A DNA stretch of 64,000 nt from Lama glama. Lineage: Eukaryota. Position numbers and translations under genes: made by a program. Positions 38,961-50,745 of the stretch are shown one piece after another; within the stretch, counting starts at the first letter, position 1, and every line of letters starts with the position of its first letter. The DNA lies in the NCBI GenBank assembly GCA_028534125.1, contig CM052816.1:53384001-53448000 (forward strand). Direction: 5' to 3'. The notes below the pieces were generated by a model, which saw nothing but the letters and a program-made list of their open reading frames with translations, searched no databases and was not told the DNA's origin.

Positions 38961-40094
38961 ATTTTTAATGAACTTTTGAGGGCTCTGTGCTTTGATATAT
39001 TTTTATTTAGTCTACTATATTTTTTTGAAATAGCATTTAACAAAATAAAAATAACTGTAGCACTCTATTTACCAACCAAACCCAGTAACAAAATTAGCGT
39101 GGTTTGTTTTTCTCATCACTTTGATGGTTTCACAAGATATGACTTGGTTATCAGAAAAGATGAATTGTGATACTGAAAACTTGCTGCCAAATGCCTTTCT
39201 TCTTTGGAGCGTAGGCCAAATTTATATATTCTGGGAGATGCTTTTTCTCGGCAGTGTGAGTTTGGAAAACTTCAGGTGGGAATCAGGATTGGACCCTCCT
39301 TTCCCTGTTGTTGTTAGGATCTCGAGATCCATCTCACCTGTCTAGAGCTTTGGTTGTGTTGTATGTAACAAAAGAGATTTTTAAGATGTTATCTTATATT
39401 TTGAACTGTGTTAATTCAAGTGTTTTGGGGACCCATTTAGCTTTTAGAAGTAATGAGATGTTGATCAAGAACTTCATTAATAACAGACCTGTTCATAATA
39501 ATCCTAGTGGCTTCTTTCAGAAGCTGTTTGCAGATAGAAATGCTGATCATGACTTCTCATGAAGTTCCCCGAAGGGGTAAAATTAAACTGTGGGAAATGT
39601 TTGGAATTTAACTAGCGATTAACTTATAAAGAACCATTTGAAAAACCCATAACTCCCCTAAGCTGTTATGACAAATGACCTTATGAATTCAGAATTCTTT
39701 TATGTATATATTTTTTTCTTAACTGAAACCCAGTGAGTATTGTCCAGTATCTTCGAGTTTGTAACTGAACTAAAATGATTTCTTTAGACAGAGGAGCCTT
39801 TGAGTGCTGTGCTGGCTTCTCAACCTCAGATCCGGTCTGGATGAACACTGATGCTACTCATGTTAACCTAGTCATCTGAATACAAGTTTTTGCTCATGCG
39901 CTATATTACATTATAGTCCTAAATGACATGATTAGGCTAAACATTTTTAAACATGCAGAAAGCACAGGTTCATTTTATCTGCTAGTCCGTTTCTTTTCTA
40001 GACCTTTACATTAAGGAATGTCAGGTTTCTATTTGGGAAGGTGATGAATAGACTACCTACAGTGGAAGGGGTGCTTTCAAACGGCCACATGGCA

Positions 40095-40262
40095 GAATGA
40101 AAAGAGCGTGATTTGGAAACACTGGATCTGTGTGATACTGAGGAAGGTTCTCTACTTCTTTCAACATCTACTTCCTCATCTGTTAATGGACACACTGGCT
40201 GTCTGGAAAGATTATAATCTGATGTCACACAGTCCTGGGTGCCCAACAAGTGGCAGCTGTGA
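40095..40262 (+). mobile_element. MIR fragment
   Basis: gaaaagagcgtgatttgg...ttcctcatctgttaatgg. Confidence 0.6.
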
Positions 40263-41004
40263 TATTTTATATTAGAAATTTGTTCCATTTATGTTTAATA
40301 TTTGAAAGCAATGCTGAACAGACATTTTGGTCTGTTCTGTGACTGTATAAACAGACTTATAATCTTCTTAGGTTACTTAAAGACTTTGAGAACACCGAAA
40401 GGAATACTTGATTTTGAGATAAATTAACTAATCATTAAAGAAATTCTTCTTCTGGATTCCTCTGTTTACTATGTTAGAGTTTTAATGACCATTTTTCCAT
40501 TTCTCCAGTCTTTGGCATCCTTGTGAATGTAGCTTAAAACAAAAAAAGTTAACAAAGTAACTGAAAAGGATTTAAAGTGCTTCCAGGATAAATTCCTCAT
40601 TCACAATTTTGTATTTCATCCCGTAATTCGTTTCTGGATTATTTGAGCCTTTTATGTTTGTTCATAAAGTGCCCTCAAGGTCACAGGTTGTATTTTCAAG
40701 TTGGTTCCTTTGTGAAGGAAAAGGAAAGGATGTTGTAAGGTGCATGTTCCTGGGCTGCATCTTCCTCACTGACGTCTTTTTTTTTTTTCCTGGTTCATTG
40801 GTGGTTTGGACCTCATTTTAGTGTAGCAGTGTTCCCAGGAAGGGGTGGCTACATTCTAACGCAGGCTGAACTGAACTTGTAGGTAGCCCAGGGACCAATG
40901 TTTGAAACATCACATATTTTAATGAGACATAAAAATTGCATGGTAAGTCTTCCTTATGTGTTTAAAAAAAAAAAAGTAATGTTTTGTCCAATTTGTTTCT
41001 CCAG

Positions 41005-41065
41005 GCGGCCTTTTTCTGAAGTCGTTCACTGAGACGTCCTGACATTTCTGCAGATACAATTTAAG
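41005..41065 (+). other. Candidate non-coding (5' UTR-type) exon, 61 nt, of an unidentified + strand gene
   Basis: Acceptor atttgtttctccag|G, consensus donor AAG|gtgagt, unique sequence, stop codons in all three frames, no ATG. Confidence 0.6.
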
Positions 41066-43059
41066 GTGAGTAAATGAAGTCAGGTGCCCTTACTGGCAGT
41101 GATTCTTTGGAAACCTTTTCCAGATGGGTAGCAACTTACTTCTTGAAGGAGGTGCAGTGTTTTAAACTTTTGGGCCCTGAATGATAAACAGTAGCTTTTT
41201 TGTTTTTGTTTTTGCTGAGGAACACCACTTTGATGAGCATACACGAATGTTGTATAGGACCCTGTGAGGTTTCATAAATGGTATTAAGGTGAATGCTGTA
41301 ATGCCCATGCTTCAGTTCTGACGTGGTTTGTTCTGTCACCATTTGTAAACAGGTTTCAGAGCTCTTTATAATGGTCATGGCTGGCTTTACATTGTCTTTC
41401 CTTTTGAGCTTCTCTGTAGACCATTCACCCTTGGTGATCATTTCTCTCTGAAGGGGGAAGTAGAGATGGCCAATTCAGATTACCCAATTCTAGTACTAAG
41501 ACAGCTCAGGGAGAGAAATTGCCTAAGTAAAAATTGAAAACATTTGACTAATAGGTGACTTATGTTTCACTCTATTGATTTTAATTCATTAAGATCACTT
41601 TGGGAAAATACTAGTAACTATAATAGGGGCTGAGTAACCCTCTACAGTATGCATTCAAGAAAACCAAGGTGGTGGAATGTTAGATAATTGTCCCCAAAGA
41701 CTATGCTCCAGTCCTGTTTCTCAAAAGGGAGAGGCCTGTTCAGCTTGGTCCTGTAGGGCTACCTTGTTTTGAACCTGAGGATGCAGCTCAGGCCAAGAGA
41801 GCCAGTGCGTGGTGTGTATTTGGGACTGACAGACACCTTATCCAGAAGGGTCTGCCATGTGCTGGGGATTCTCAGAGTATTTTCACAGACACCGTCTTAT
41901 TTGTGGAAAAGTGATCTTTTTAGATTATAGATTCTGGGGAAGGAAAAAATTGCTCTTATGTCATGAATTGAACTATTGATTTCTCCAATATTCTTAAATT
42001 GCTCCAGTAACTGCTGCCTGGGTTGATGAGGAAGCTTGACTTGTTTTTTATATTATTTTTTTAATGGAAACTATAAGCACGTGCGAGTTAGGCAATTATT
42101 TGAGGAAAGTTCCTGCTCGTGGGAGAGCCGGGGCTGAGCTGGGAAAGGTGGGTGTCCTGAGAAAGCTACTCGTTGGCACCTTATCAAACTGATAATCCTT
42201 AAATATCTGCTTCATAGTTATTCAGTGGGGGCAGGAGAAACTGATTTTCTGCCAGTAAAGACTGTTAATGAAAAAATACATAGCTTTTCCTGAACGTTGA
42301 AAACAAGGGATTTATTATATGTGATTTTTCTGAACCAGGTGTTCGTAAACCTGTGTAAGATTTGGCTGGTGGTAACACTGCCTCTGCGTTGTTCAGGTCC
42401 AGAGCTCCCGAGGCCTGCCAGCCAGGTGACACTGGGGTGGATGGTGAGGCCCCCTTTCACACATGCAGCTCTGCGAAGGGAGTATTCTCCGCAGAGAAAG
42501 GCCTGTGCTGGTGAGCAGGGTGTTAATTTCCACTCAGAGGCACCGACTGCCTGAGTGGAAACAGGTCCTGTTGCCATTTAGCCTGTTATGTAAGGAGTGG
42601 AGTGCACCCCCTGAGTTAAGTGGCTCTGTGTTTCCGATGTAGTCCAGTGATGATTTAGTCCCCCATTGTGGATTGTCACCCTGGATCACAGCCAGGCTGG
42701 CCTGTTTAATTCAGATCTGGGGAAAAGCCAATTCTATTCTGCCAGCGCCTTCAGGAGCTCAGTCGTGTTTACCTTTGAAATTCCTGTTTCTGAAGATTTA
42801 ACCAGATAAAACCAACCTTCTCTGTATTTTTTTTTAATTGTGAATTCATCCCATATAAATACAATAAAATGTTACCAAATCAGATAGACACAAGAACAGC
42901 CATTCTGATAAATATCATCTGAATTACGAAGAAATCCAATCCTACTTACTGTTGTTTTTATATATTCACTCACACTATGTCAACCTGGTGGAAGTTTTCT
43001 CTTGAGCAGAGAGAATCATGGTGGTCTGGGGAGCGCCTTGTCATCAGGAGGTCCTAGGC

Positions 43060-43245
43060 TGAGGCTCCACCTCGCCTGGACACAGACCTTAGTTGGAATT
43101 CCAACGGTGGTGCTCGTTGGCTGTGTGACCTAAGGCAGGTTTCTTTACCTGATGGCTCCTCCATCTCTTTATGTGTGGATATGCCTTCCTTCCAACGTGG
43201 TTTGGAAGATTTAAGGAGGCAAATATGGCAATGTATGTGGTACAG
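43060..43245 (+). mobile_element. MIR SINE
   Basis: cagaccttagttggaattcc...ggctgtgtgacctaaggcaggtttc. Confidence 0.7.
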
Positions 43246-43464
43246 GAGCAGATGACAGGTCCCCCTGCCTGGTTCCAGACATCAGGGATCTTGGAAAGAG
43301 CACTGGACAAAGACTGGAGGGACTGGTCTGTCTGGCAGCTCCTGAGCCTCTGTTCTGCTCTGCCTGCTCTGTGAGAACTGTGAGGACCCTTGAAAAGTGG
43401 GAATTCAGGGTGGGTTATTAGCATCAGGGGGCTTTTAATGGCAGTCTTTTTTTTTTTTTTCAAT

Positions 43465-43625
43465 CTAGTCAGACTTTCTGGGCTTGAAAATCCTAATCTC
43501 CACCTTATAATTAGATGTATGACCTTGAGCAAATTATCAACACCCTCTCTGGCGCTTACCTGTCTCACTGGATTGCTGTAAGCTCAAATGATGTACTGTG
43601 TGTGGCATGTGAATCTCAAGTAATA
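43465..43625 (+). mobile_element. MIR SINE
   Basis: agtcagactttctgggcttgaaaatcc...tgtatgaccttgagcaaattat. Confidence 0.7.
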
Positions 43626-43952
43626 TGCTGATAAATTCACCAGGATGCTTTTAGAAGAGAAGCAGAGAATCAGACTCGGAAGAATATCCATAGTTTTAAT
43701 ATCTCAGGTTGGGACTTCGGCTTATTGAACTGCCTCTTCTATCATGTCATGTTGGTTTAGACCTGGGGACATCATCTTTGTCCTGAATGAACTAAGAGCG
43801 ATTGCATTCTGCAATGTGGGACTCACTCAGAAGGGCAGGGCACTGGGAGTTAGTCTTCCTGGGTTTTCTTCAAAAGATAATAGATCTTTCCCCATCTGTA
43901 GAAATACTTCCTAGAATTGACCAAATAAGCAAAGGGAAATGAGTCTGTAGAC

Positions 43953-44425
43953 CTGGAGTGTCCAGTATGGTAGCCACTTCCCACATATGGCTGTTGAGCA
44001 CCTGAAATAGGACTACTGTGAATAAGGCATTTAATTTTTAATTTTAGTTAATTTAAAATTTAGAACTGATAATTCAGTTATTGGAAAACTGATGTATGTT
44101 TGGGACAACTTGGGCGTGTAGATCTACTTTTCAACTGTAAATTTTATAAAGTGTAAATCACATCAGATATTTCTGATGAAAATTTATTGCTTGAGTTGAG
44201 ATGTGCTATACATGGAAAATACACAGCAGGTTCTGAAGTATTAAGGGGGAAAAAGTCATTATTTAAATAATTTTTACATGGATTCTGTGTGGAAATGATA
44301 ATATTTTGGATACTCTGAGTTAAATATATTTATTAAAATTAATTTCTTTTTCTTTTTTAATGTTGCTGGTAAAATTTTTAAATAATGTACAAAGCTTACA
44401 TTAATAATTCCATTGGACAGTGCTG
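43953..44425. mobile_element. Charlie1/MER33-family non-autonomous hAT element
   Basis: TIR-like ends ctggagtgtccagtatggtagccac / cattggacagtgctg; internal tctacttttcaactgtaaattttat, tttctgatgaaaattta, ttgagatgtgct. Confidence 0.85.
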
Positions 44426-44652
44426 CACTGGGTGATCCTTGGAAAGAATTGGATAATTTCATACAAGTTTTCCCAGTAAACTATGCAAATTATAAAAGTG
44501 GTTTTTTTTTTCTGCTTTTAAGGTTTTTGTTTACAGTCTACCAATTAACAAATTTAGAGGAATTTTTTTAAGTACTAAAAATTAGAAAGAAGAAAATCAT
44601 ATAGCAGATGTATTACCTAAACCTTATTTGATTCTGCCTGAGGCTCCATTTA

Positions 44653-45885
44653 TTTTTTATTACCAGTTTATTTATTTTTTATTGATGTATAGTTGATTTA
44701 CAATGTGTTAGTCTGGTGTACAGCATAGTGATTCAGTTATACACACGTATATATACACATAAATATTCTTTTTCATATTCTTTTTCATTATAAGTTACTA
44801 CAAAATATTAAATACAGTTCCCTGTGCTATATATACAGTAGGACCTTATTTGTCTGTTTTACATATAGCAGTTAGTATCTGCAAACCCCAAACTCCCAAT
44901 TTGTCCCTTCCCGCTTTTCCCCCGGTAACCATAAGTTTATTTTCTACGTCTGCAAGACTGTTTCCGTTTTGTAAGTAGGTTTATTTGTGTCTTTTTTTTT
45001 AGATTCCACATATAAGTGATATTTGGTATTTGTCTTTCCCTTTCTGGCTTACTTCACTTAGAATGATCATCTCCAGGTCCATCCATGTTGTTGCAAATGA
45101 CATTATTTTATTCTTTTTATGGCTTTTTATTCTTTTATGAGTAGTATTCCATCATATACACACACAAACACACACACACACTCATATACATACGTACACA
45201 TACACATACACATATATGCATACCACCTCTTCTTTATCCGTTCATCTGCCCATGGACATTTAGGTTGTTTCCATGTCCTGGCTATTGTAAATAGTGCTAC
45301 TGTGAGCATTGGAATGCATGTATCTTTTCAAATATCCATTTTCTGGATATATGCCCAGGAGTGGGATTGCTGGATGATATGGTTAAGTCTATTTTCAGTT
45401 TTTTTAGGAATCTCCATACTGTTTTCCATAATGGCTGCACCAAACTAGGTTTCCACCAACAGTGTAGGAGGGTTACTCTTTTCTCCACACTCTCCAGCAT
45501 TTATTGTTTATAGGCTTTTAAATGTTGGCCATTCTGACTGGTGTGAGGTGATACCTCGTTATAGTTTTGATTTGTATTTCTCTGATAATTAGTGATGTTG
45601 AGCATTTATTCAGGTGCCTGTTGGCCATCTCTGTGTCTTCATTGGAGGAATGTCTGTTTAGGTCTTCTGCTCACTTTTGGATTGGGTTGTTTGGTTTTTT
45701 GCTGTTGAGTTATACAAGCTCTTTGTATATTCTAGAAATCAAGCCATTGTCAGTCACAGCGTTTGCAAATATTTTCTCCCATTTCGTAGTTTGTCTTTTT
45801 GTTTTGCTTATGGTTTCCTTTACTGTGCAAAAGCTTGTAAGTTTACTTAGGTCCCATTTGTTTATTTTTGCTTTCACTTCTGTTG
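44653..45885 (-). mobile_element. 5'-truncated L1 (~1.2 kb; ORF2 C-terminal part plus 3' UTR)
   Basis: Minus ORFs LLHCWWKPSLVQPLWKTVWRFLKKLK and ALFTIARTWKQPKCP match L1 ORF2; TSD ctgaggctccattta/ctgaagctccatcta (44638-44652, 45886-45900). Confidence 0.95.
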
Positions 45886-47129
45886 CTGAAGCTCCATCTA
45901 GATGTCTTCGCTGCAGTCCTTCCCTTCGGCTTTCTTACAAAATGTGCAAAGGGAGGCGCTCACAGCCATCCACCAGGATGTGAATCCCCAGACTGTTTTC
46001 CAGCTGGATATTCTGCTTCCTTGATGACTGTTGGCTGTGACATTTGATGCAGATACCTTGTTCCCCAAGTCACATTTTGCCATGCCACAGGAGATTGGCT
46101 TAGGACGTGTCATCCAGGAGAGAATGACTTTTAATTACCTCTAGCGAATAGTACCCTCTTCTCACTGCAGTACCAGGAGTACAGAGGTGTATTCCTAAGG
46201 GAATGATTACTGGCTTCGTATTTAGCTGTAACCCATGTATGTATGAAACATGAGGAGAAAATGCAGTTAAAGTTATCAGTATTTTGTTTGACATTCATGC
46301 CCTGGGTGACTCTCATGTGTACTCTAAGGTGGGGGAAGAGTATTGGATTCAGAATCATGCTGGTCTGGGTTTGAGTCCTGGCTGTGTCATAAAGTGATGG
46401 TAGTGAGGGTTCCTAACTTCTCTGATTCTGTTCCTGTGTAGTTGGTGCCAATAAACACTAACCACCTTCCTTGTCAGAATTCTTCAAGTGGAGGTACTTG
46501 ATCTGTGACACCCATACTCCTTTGTGTAATAAATGTGGCGAATACCTTGCCTTCCTCATTCTTTTCCAGACTGAGTGAGGGTTTACTTTCCAGGGTTGTA
46601 AGCTCTATCCAGGAATTAAGCAGGATTGATATGTATATATCAGATAGAAACCATTATCAAGGTTCACAAAGGGTCTTTCGCTCAAGAAAGGTGGCTTTTC
46701 CTTGCAGAGAGTTTCACTGTTACGACCTTGAGGTTTTTAAATTCCAGTATTAGAGTACAGAATTCATCTCTACCAGCAGCTTGGAAGCAGTTAATAAGAG
46801 ATGGGAAATACTTAATAAGAAAGGGTGTAATAGCCTTCTCCTTTTACTGAGGGTAAATTGGATGAAATATATGCTCTCTGGATGGAAAAATGATCAAATA
46901 AAGTGTAAAGACAGAGGTTTACAAGATTGAACAAAAGCAAATCAAAGTGATTAAATGCATCAAAGACTTAAAGTGAGTGCAGATCTTTTTCTTTTTCCAT
47001 TTTTGTTGTTTGCATGTTGACAGGATGTCTTTTGTCTGGTAAGAAGTCTGGTTAGACACTGTGCCTGTCTGAAGGAGAGTCCTGAGGATGCTTCCCAGCA
47101 GGGGCACTTTCTATGAAAAGTTGCTTCCC

Positions 47130-47385
47130 TTAGTAGACTGTAAACCTCCTGAGGGCCAGTCTGAGTCTTTTCTATCCTTTTTGCCCAGTACAATGTCTGA
47201 TGCATGGTAGGTGCTGAGTGATATTGGTTGAATGGATGGAGGATAAATGACGGTTAGACTGTAGAGCTGGTTCTGTAGCATTCTCTGAAGAGAACTTTGG
47301 TTCAAGTACCGTGTAGGCTGCCTAACACAGTGCCTGACGCATGTTATGTGCTCAGTAAAGTTGGACAAATGGAGGCATGAATGTG
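47130..47385 (+). mobile_element. Two L2 3' ends in tandem
   Basis: tagactgtaaacctcctgagggc...taggtgctgagtgatattggttgaatgg; cctaacacagtgcctgacgcat...tgctcagtaaag. Confidence 0.75.
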
Positions 47386-47467
47386 GGCTTAAGTATAACT
47401 TCCATTTACAGATGACTTTTGGAAGTATGAGCTGTTTATTAATTTTTTGATATTTAAAACTATCTTT

Positions 47468-47554
47468 TTTTTTTAAATGGAGGTGCTGGGGATTGAACCC
47501 AGGACCTCATGCATGCTAAGCATGCACTCTCCAATTGAGCTATAACTACCCCCC
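47468..47554 (-). mobile_element. tRNA-Ala-derived SINE (Vic-1 type, camelid)
   Basis: Minus strand ggggggtagttatagctcaattggagagtgcatgcttagcatgcatgaggtcctgggttcaatccccagcacctcca plus poly-A; TSD taaaactatcttt/taaaatatcttt. Confidence 0.85.
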
Positions 47555-47569
47555 TAAAATATCTTTATT

Positions 47570-48034
47570 AACATGAGATAGAGACTAATTTCTTACCCAA
47601 GAAACAAAGAGCATAAGTCACATAGGAAATAATTGATTACTTTGGCTACATTAAAGTTATAAAGTTTATCAAAAGGCAGTGTAGAGAGTGAAAGGATAAA
47701 ATATTTAATAAAACAGTCATAAATTCACAGTGGAGACTATGTAAGGAATTCCTGCGAGTCAGTAAGGAGGATGGACAACCAAGGGGAACAGAAATCCTGG
47801 AGTGGAGAAGGGTGGCAGGGCACTTCATAAGGAGGAGCCACGAGGAACCGGTAAAATGAGAAATTGCTCAACCGCATGAGTAATGCGAGTACAAACCCCC
47901 TGCCAGATACGCCCTCACCCCATTGTGATAAGCAGACATTTTTAAGTCTGATAATGGCACGTCTTGACAAGAATGTGGAACAGCATGAACTCTCAGATAC
48001 TGCTGGTGAGGATAAAATTAGGTTCAACTACTTT
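47570..48034 (+). mobile_element. Ancient L1 (L1ME-like) ORF2 fragment
   Basis: aattgattactttggctacattaaagtt...aagtctgataatg...gaatgtggaacagcatgaactctcagatactgctggtgag. Confidence 0.75.
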
Positions 48035-48181
48035 GTTTTTGTGTTTTTTTAATCTTCACTTTTTTAAAAACTGAAATATAGTTGACATACAATATTACAT
48101 TAATTTCAAGTATACAACATAGTGAATTGACTTTTGAATACATTAGGAAATGATCACCATGATAAGTCTAGTAACCATCTG
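48035..48181 (-). mobile_element. L1 3' end fragment
   Basis: tgaaatatagttgacatacaatattacattaatttcaagtatacaacatagtga...gaaatgatcaccatgataagtctagtaaccatctg. Confidence 0.8.
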
Positions 48182-49537
48182 AATGTAACCCATTTGTAGT
48201 TTGGGAAGCCAGGAAAGTTCTTTTAAGCAGAGAGGTGAAGCTGAACATTGAGGAGGCACCGCAGGTGACAGGCTGGCCAGAGGCCAGGAGCCCAGGTAGG
48301 AAGGTGTCATTGGCAACCGATGAGGACTGGGGAGGGGAGGGTGGGCAGGGCTGCAGCTAACTGATGGGAAGCCCAGTCCCCAGCAGGGGGCGGTGCCTGT
48401 GGGGTTAGCTTTGGACAGGAGCTGGGGCCGCTGGTACTTCTCTTGTTCTTCCCATCGGCATGAAGAAATGCCATGATCCTAACATACAAAGCTTTTCTAC
48501 TTTAATGGTCTACTCCTTAAATTGTTCCTTGGAAGGAAGGGGATGAACTGACCTGCTGAATGAGTATACCCTGGGATAGTGTAGACATGTCTCATTGTCA
48601 CCACAAAGTATACTTATGCTTTTTATATGAAGCTTGTTAATATAGGTAAATAGTAGGTGCATACATTTCTATTTGATATTCTTTTTTTTTTTTTTGTAAT
48701 CATTTCCCATGTCAAACCACAGCAATCCACACTTACTACAAAAGAAGGTAGTATATAGCTCTGAAGTTCCGAGATCCTGTCTCCATAAACACCCTGGCCA
48801 CTCTTTGAAATTTCGTCATGGCTTTCTAACAGAAGCTGACTTCTTCTGAATTAAATACTGATATAATCTACATTTCCTTTTGGCTTAATTCAATAACCAG
48901 AATAAAGTATAATCATTTCCCTCTCTTATGCTCTCAGGCCTGTGGGGGGACCAGAAGTCATACAGGTCCTGTCCTTCCAGACACCAGTATCCCTGGAGTC
49001 ATGGACCAACCCCTCACCACATGTTATAGGGCTGAGGGGCCAGGCAGCCTTTAAGAGTGGGACTGGCCTCCAATCTCTGTACCTTATGTTATCAGCCCAG
49101 GACAGCCTGTGAAAAACTCTTAAAGCTAGTTGGCAAGTTCAGGTGGACTTGTAGTGTACCTGATTTTGATCCAAATTATTCTCTCTACACAGCCAAGTTG
49201 TGTTAGGAAATGGACCCTTCCTGTGATTAACTCACAGCTAATGAAGACAAATATGACTGAAAATCCACTTTGGAAATCCAGCGTGACTAATCTGAAAGAG
49301 CTGGGTTCTCTCTTGTTGCCTCACCACCTCATTTCTCTCTTCTTGTTTCTTTCTCAAACTGCATTCCTGATTCAGTTGAATTTCAATCCATTTTTTTCCC
49401 CTAATATTCATGGAGTGACTATGGATTAGAAAGACACAGTCAGCCTGGGGTGGTGGTCAGGTGTTCAGCTGCTCTCACGGACTCCTCCTCATTATTCCAG
49501 ATCAGAGTAGTCAGCTTGTTGGCTGTTTAAAATATAG

Positions 49538-49846
49538 ATCTGGCCTAAAACCAGGAGAACTATGACAACGAGAAGTGCCTGATCGAGTAGTAGTGCCTGT
49601 AGAAATAACAATCCAAATATCAGTTTCATCCAAAGATGTCTTGCACTCATGAGCCAGCCCCTCACTAGGTTAAAAACAGATGCTACTCCAGGGCGCCTAA
49701 ACCGGACAGTGCTCCTATCAGCATGACCAGGTCCATACTGCGGACAGTGCTTAGGAATTTGTAGATCCAATCATAGCTATATACCTATTTTGCTCCAATA
49801 AGTGCCACTAAAATATTTTCAGAAATGATCCACATCTATACTATAA
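49538..49846 (+). pseudogene. MT-CO2: COX2 3' half (NUMT)
   Basis: ctaaaaccaggagaacta (LKPGEL), gatgtcttgcactcatgagcc (DVLHSWA), aaaacagatgctactccagggcgcctaaac (KTDAxPGRLN), degenerate CuA region, TAA at 49844-49846. Confidence 0.93.
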
Positions 49847-49849
49847 ATT

Positions 49850-49916
49850 CATTAAGAAGCGAAATAGCACTAACCTTTTAAGTTGAAGAATGAGAGTTTA
49901 AGCCTCTCCTTAATGA
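49850..49916 (+). pseudogene. MT-TK: mt-tRNA-Lys(UUU) copy (NUMT)
   Basis: Acceptor cattaag/cttaatg, anticodon loop cttttaa, T stem gagag/ctctc; located between COX2 and ATP8. Confidence 0.92.
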
Positions 49917-49917
49917 T

Positions 49918-50122
49918 ATACCACAACTAGACACATCAACATAATGTATCACTATTATATCAATAATTTTAGCTCCATTCATTATATTTCAACTAAAAAT
50001 ATCAAAGTATACCTACCCCTCAATTCCAGGACTAAAATCAAACAAAACACAAAAAACAATCTAACCCTTAAGAAATAAAATGAACGAAAATTCATTTGCC
50101 TCTTTCATTACGCCAACACTAA
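49918..50122 (+). pseudogene. MT-ATP8: ATP8 (NUMT)
   Basis: ata cca caa cta gac aca tca aca (MPQLDTST) then premature TAA; tttcaactaaaaatatcaaag (FQLKMSK); overlaps the ATP6 start. Confidence 0.92.
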
Positions 50123-50745
50123 TAGGACTTCCTATTGTAATTTTAATCTTTGTATTTCCAAGTATGCTATTTCGTGCACCTGACTAATTAGCAATCGTAT
50201 AATCTCTATTCAACAATAATTAATTCAACTCAAAACAAACAGTCGCCATCTATCATCACAAAGGACAGACTTGAACACTAACACTCATCTCACTCACTCA
50301 ATTTATTGGCCCAACAAACCTGTTCGGTCTCCTACCACACTCACGCCAGCCACACAACTCTCAGTAAATTTAGGTATAGCAGTTTCTCTTTACGCAGGAA
50401 CTGTGATTACTGGTTTCCGCCATAAAACAGAAGCATCACTAGCTCACTTTCTGCCACAGGGAATGTGAATCCCCCTCATCCCCATGCTTGGAATTATCAA
50501 AACTGTCAGCCTGTTCATTCAACCAGTAGCTCTAGCTGTACGATTAACAGCTAATATTACAGCAGGTCACCTATTCACTTAATTGAAGGAACAACTCGAG
50601 CACTAATAAGTATCAGTCCTGCCCCAGCTCTTACTACATTCATTACTCTTATTTTACTTCTATTCTTGAATTTGCAGTGGCCCTAATTCTGTGTGACTAC
50701 ATTACTAGTGAGCCTTTACCTACCTGATTTTTAACACTATGATAA
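50080..50745 (+). pseudogene. MT-ATP6: ATP6 (NUMT)
   Basis: atgaacgaaaat start; ORF-track peptide [40 protein letters not shown]; gtacgattaacagctaatattacagcaggtcac ([11 protein letters not shown]); frameshifts. Confidence 0.95.

Noticed and set aside
45119..45983. 109-138 aa ORFs on +
   Set aside because: Antisense to L1 ORF2/3' UTR; common spurious ORFs.
47474..47554. Functional tRNA-Ala gene
   Set aside because: Poly-A tail, TSD and an altered 5' end indicate a SINE.
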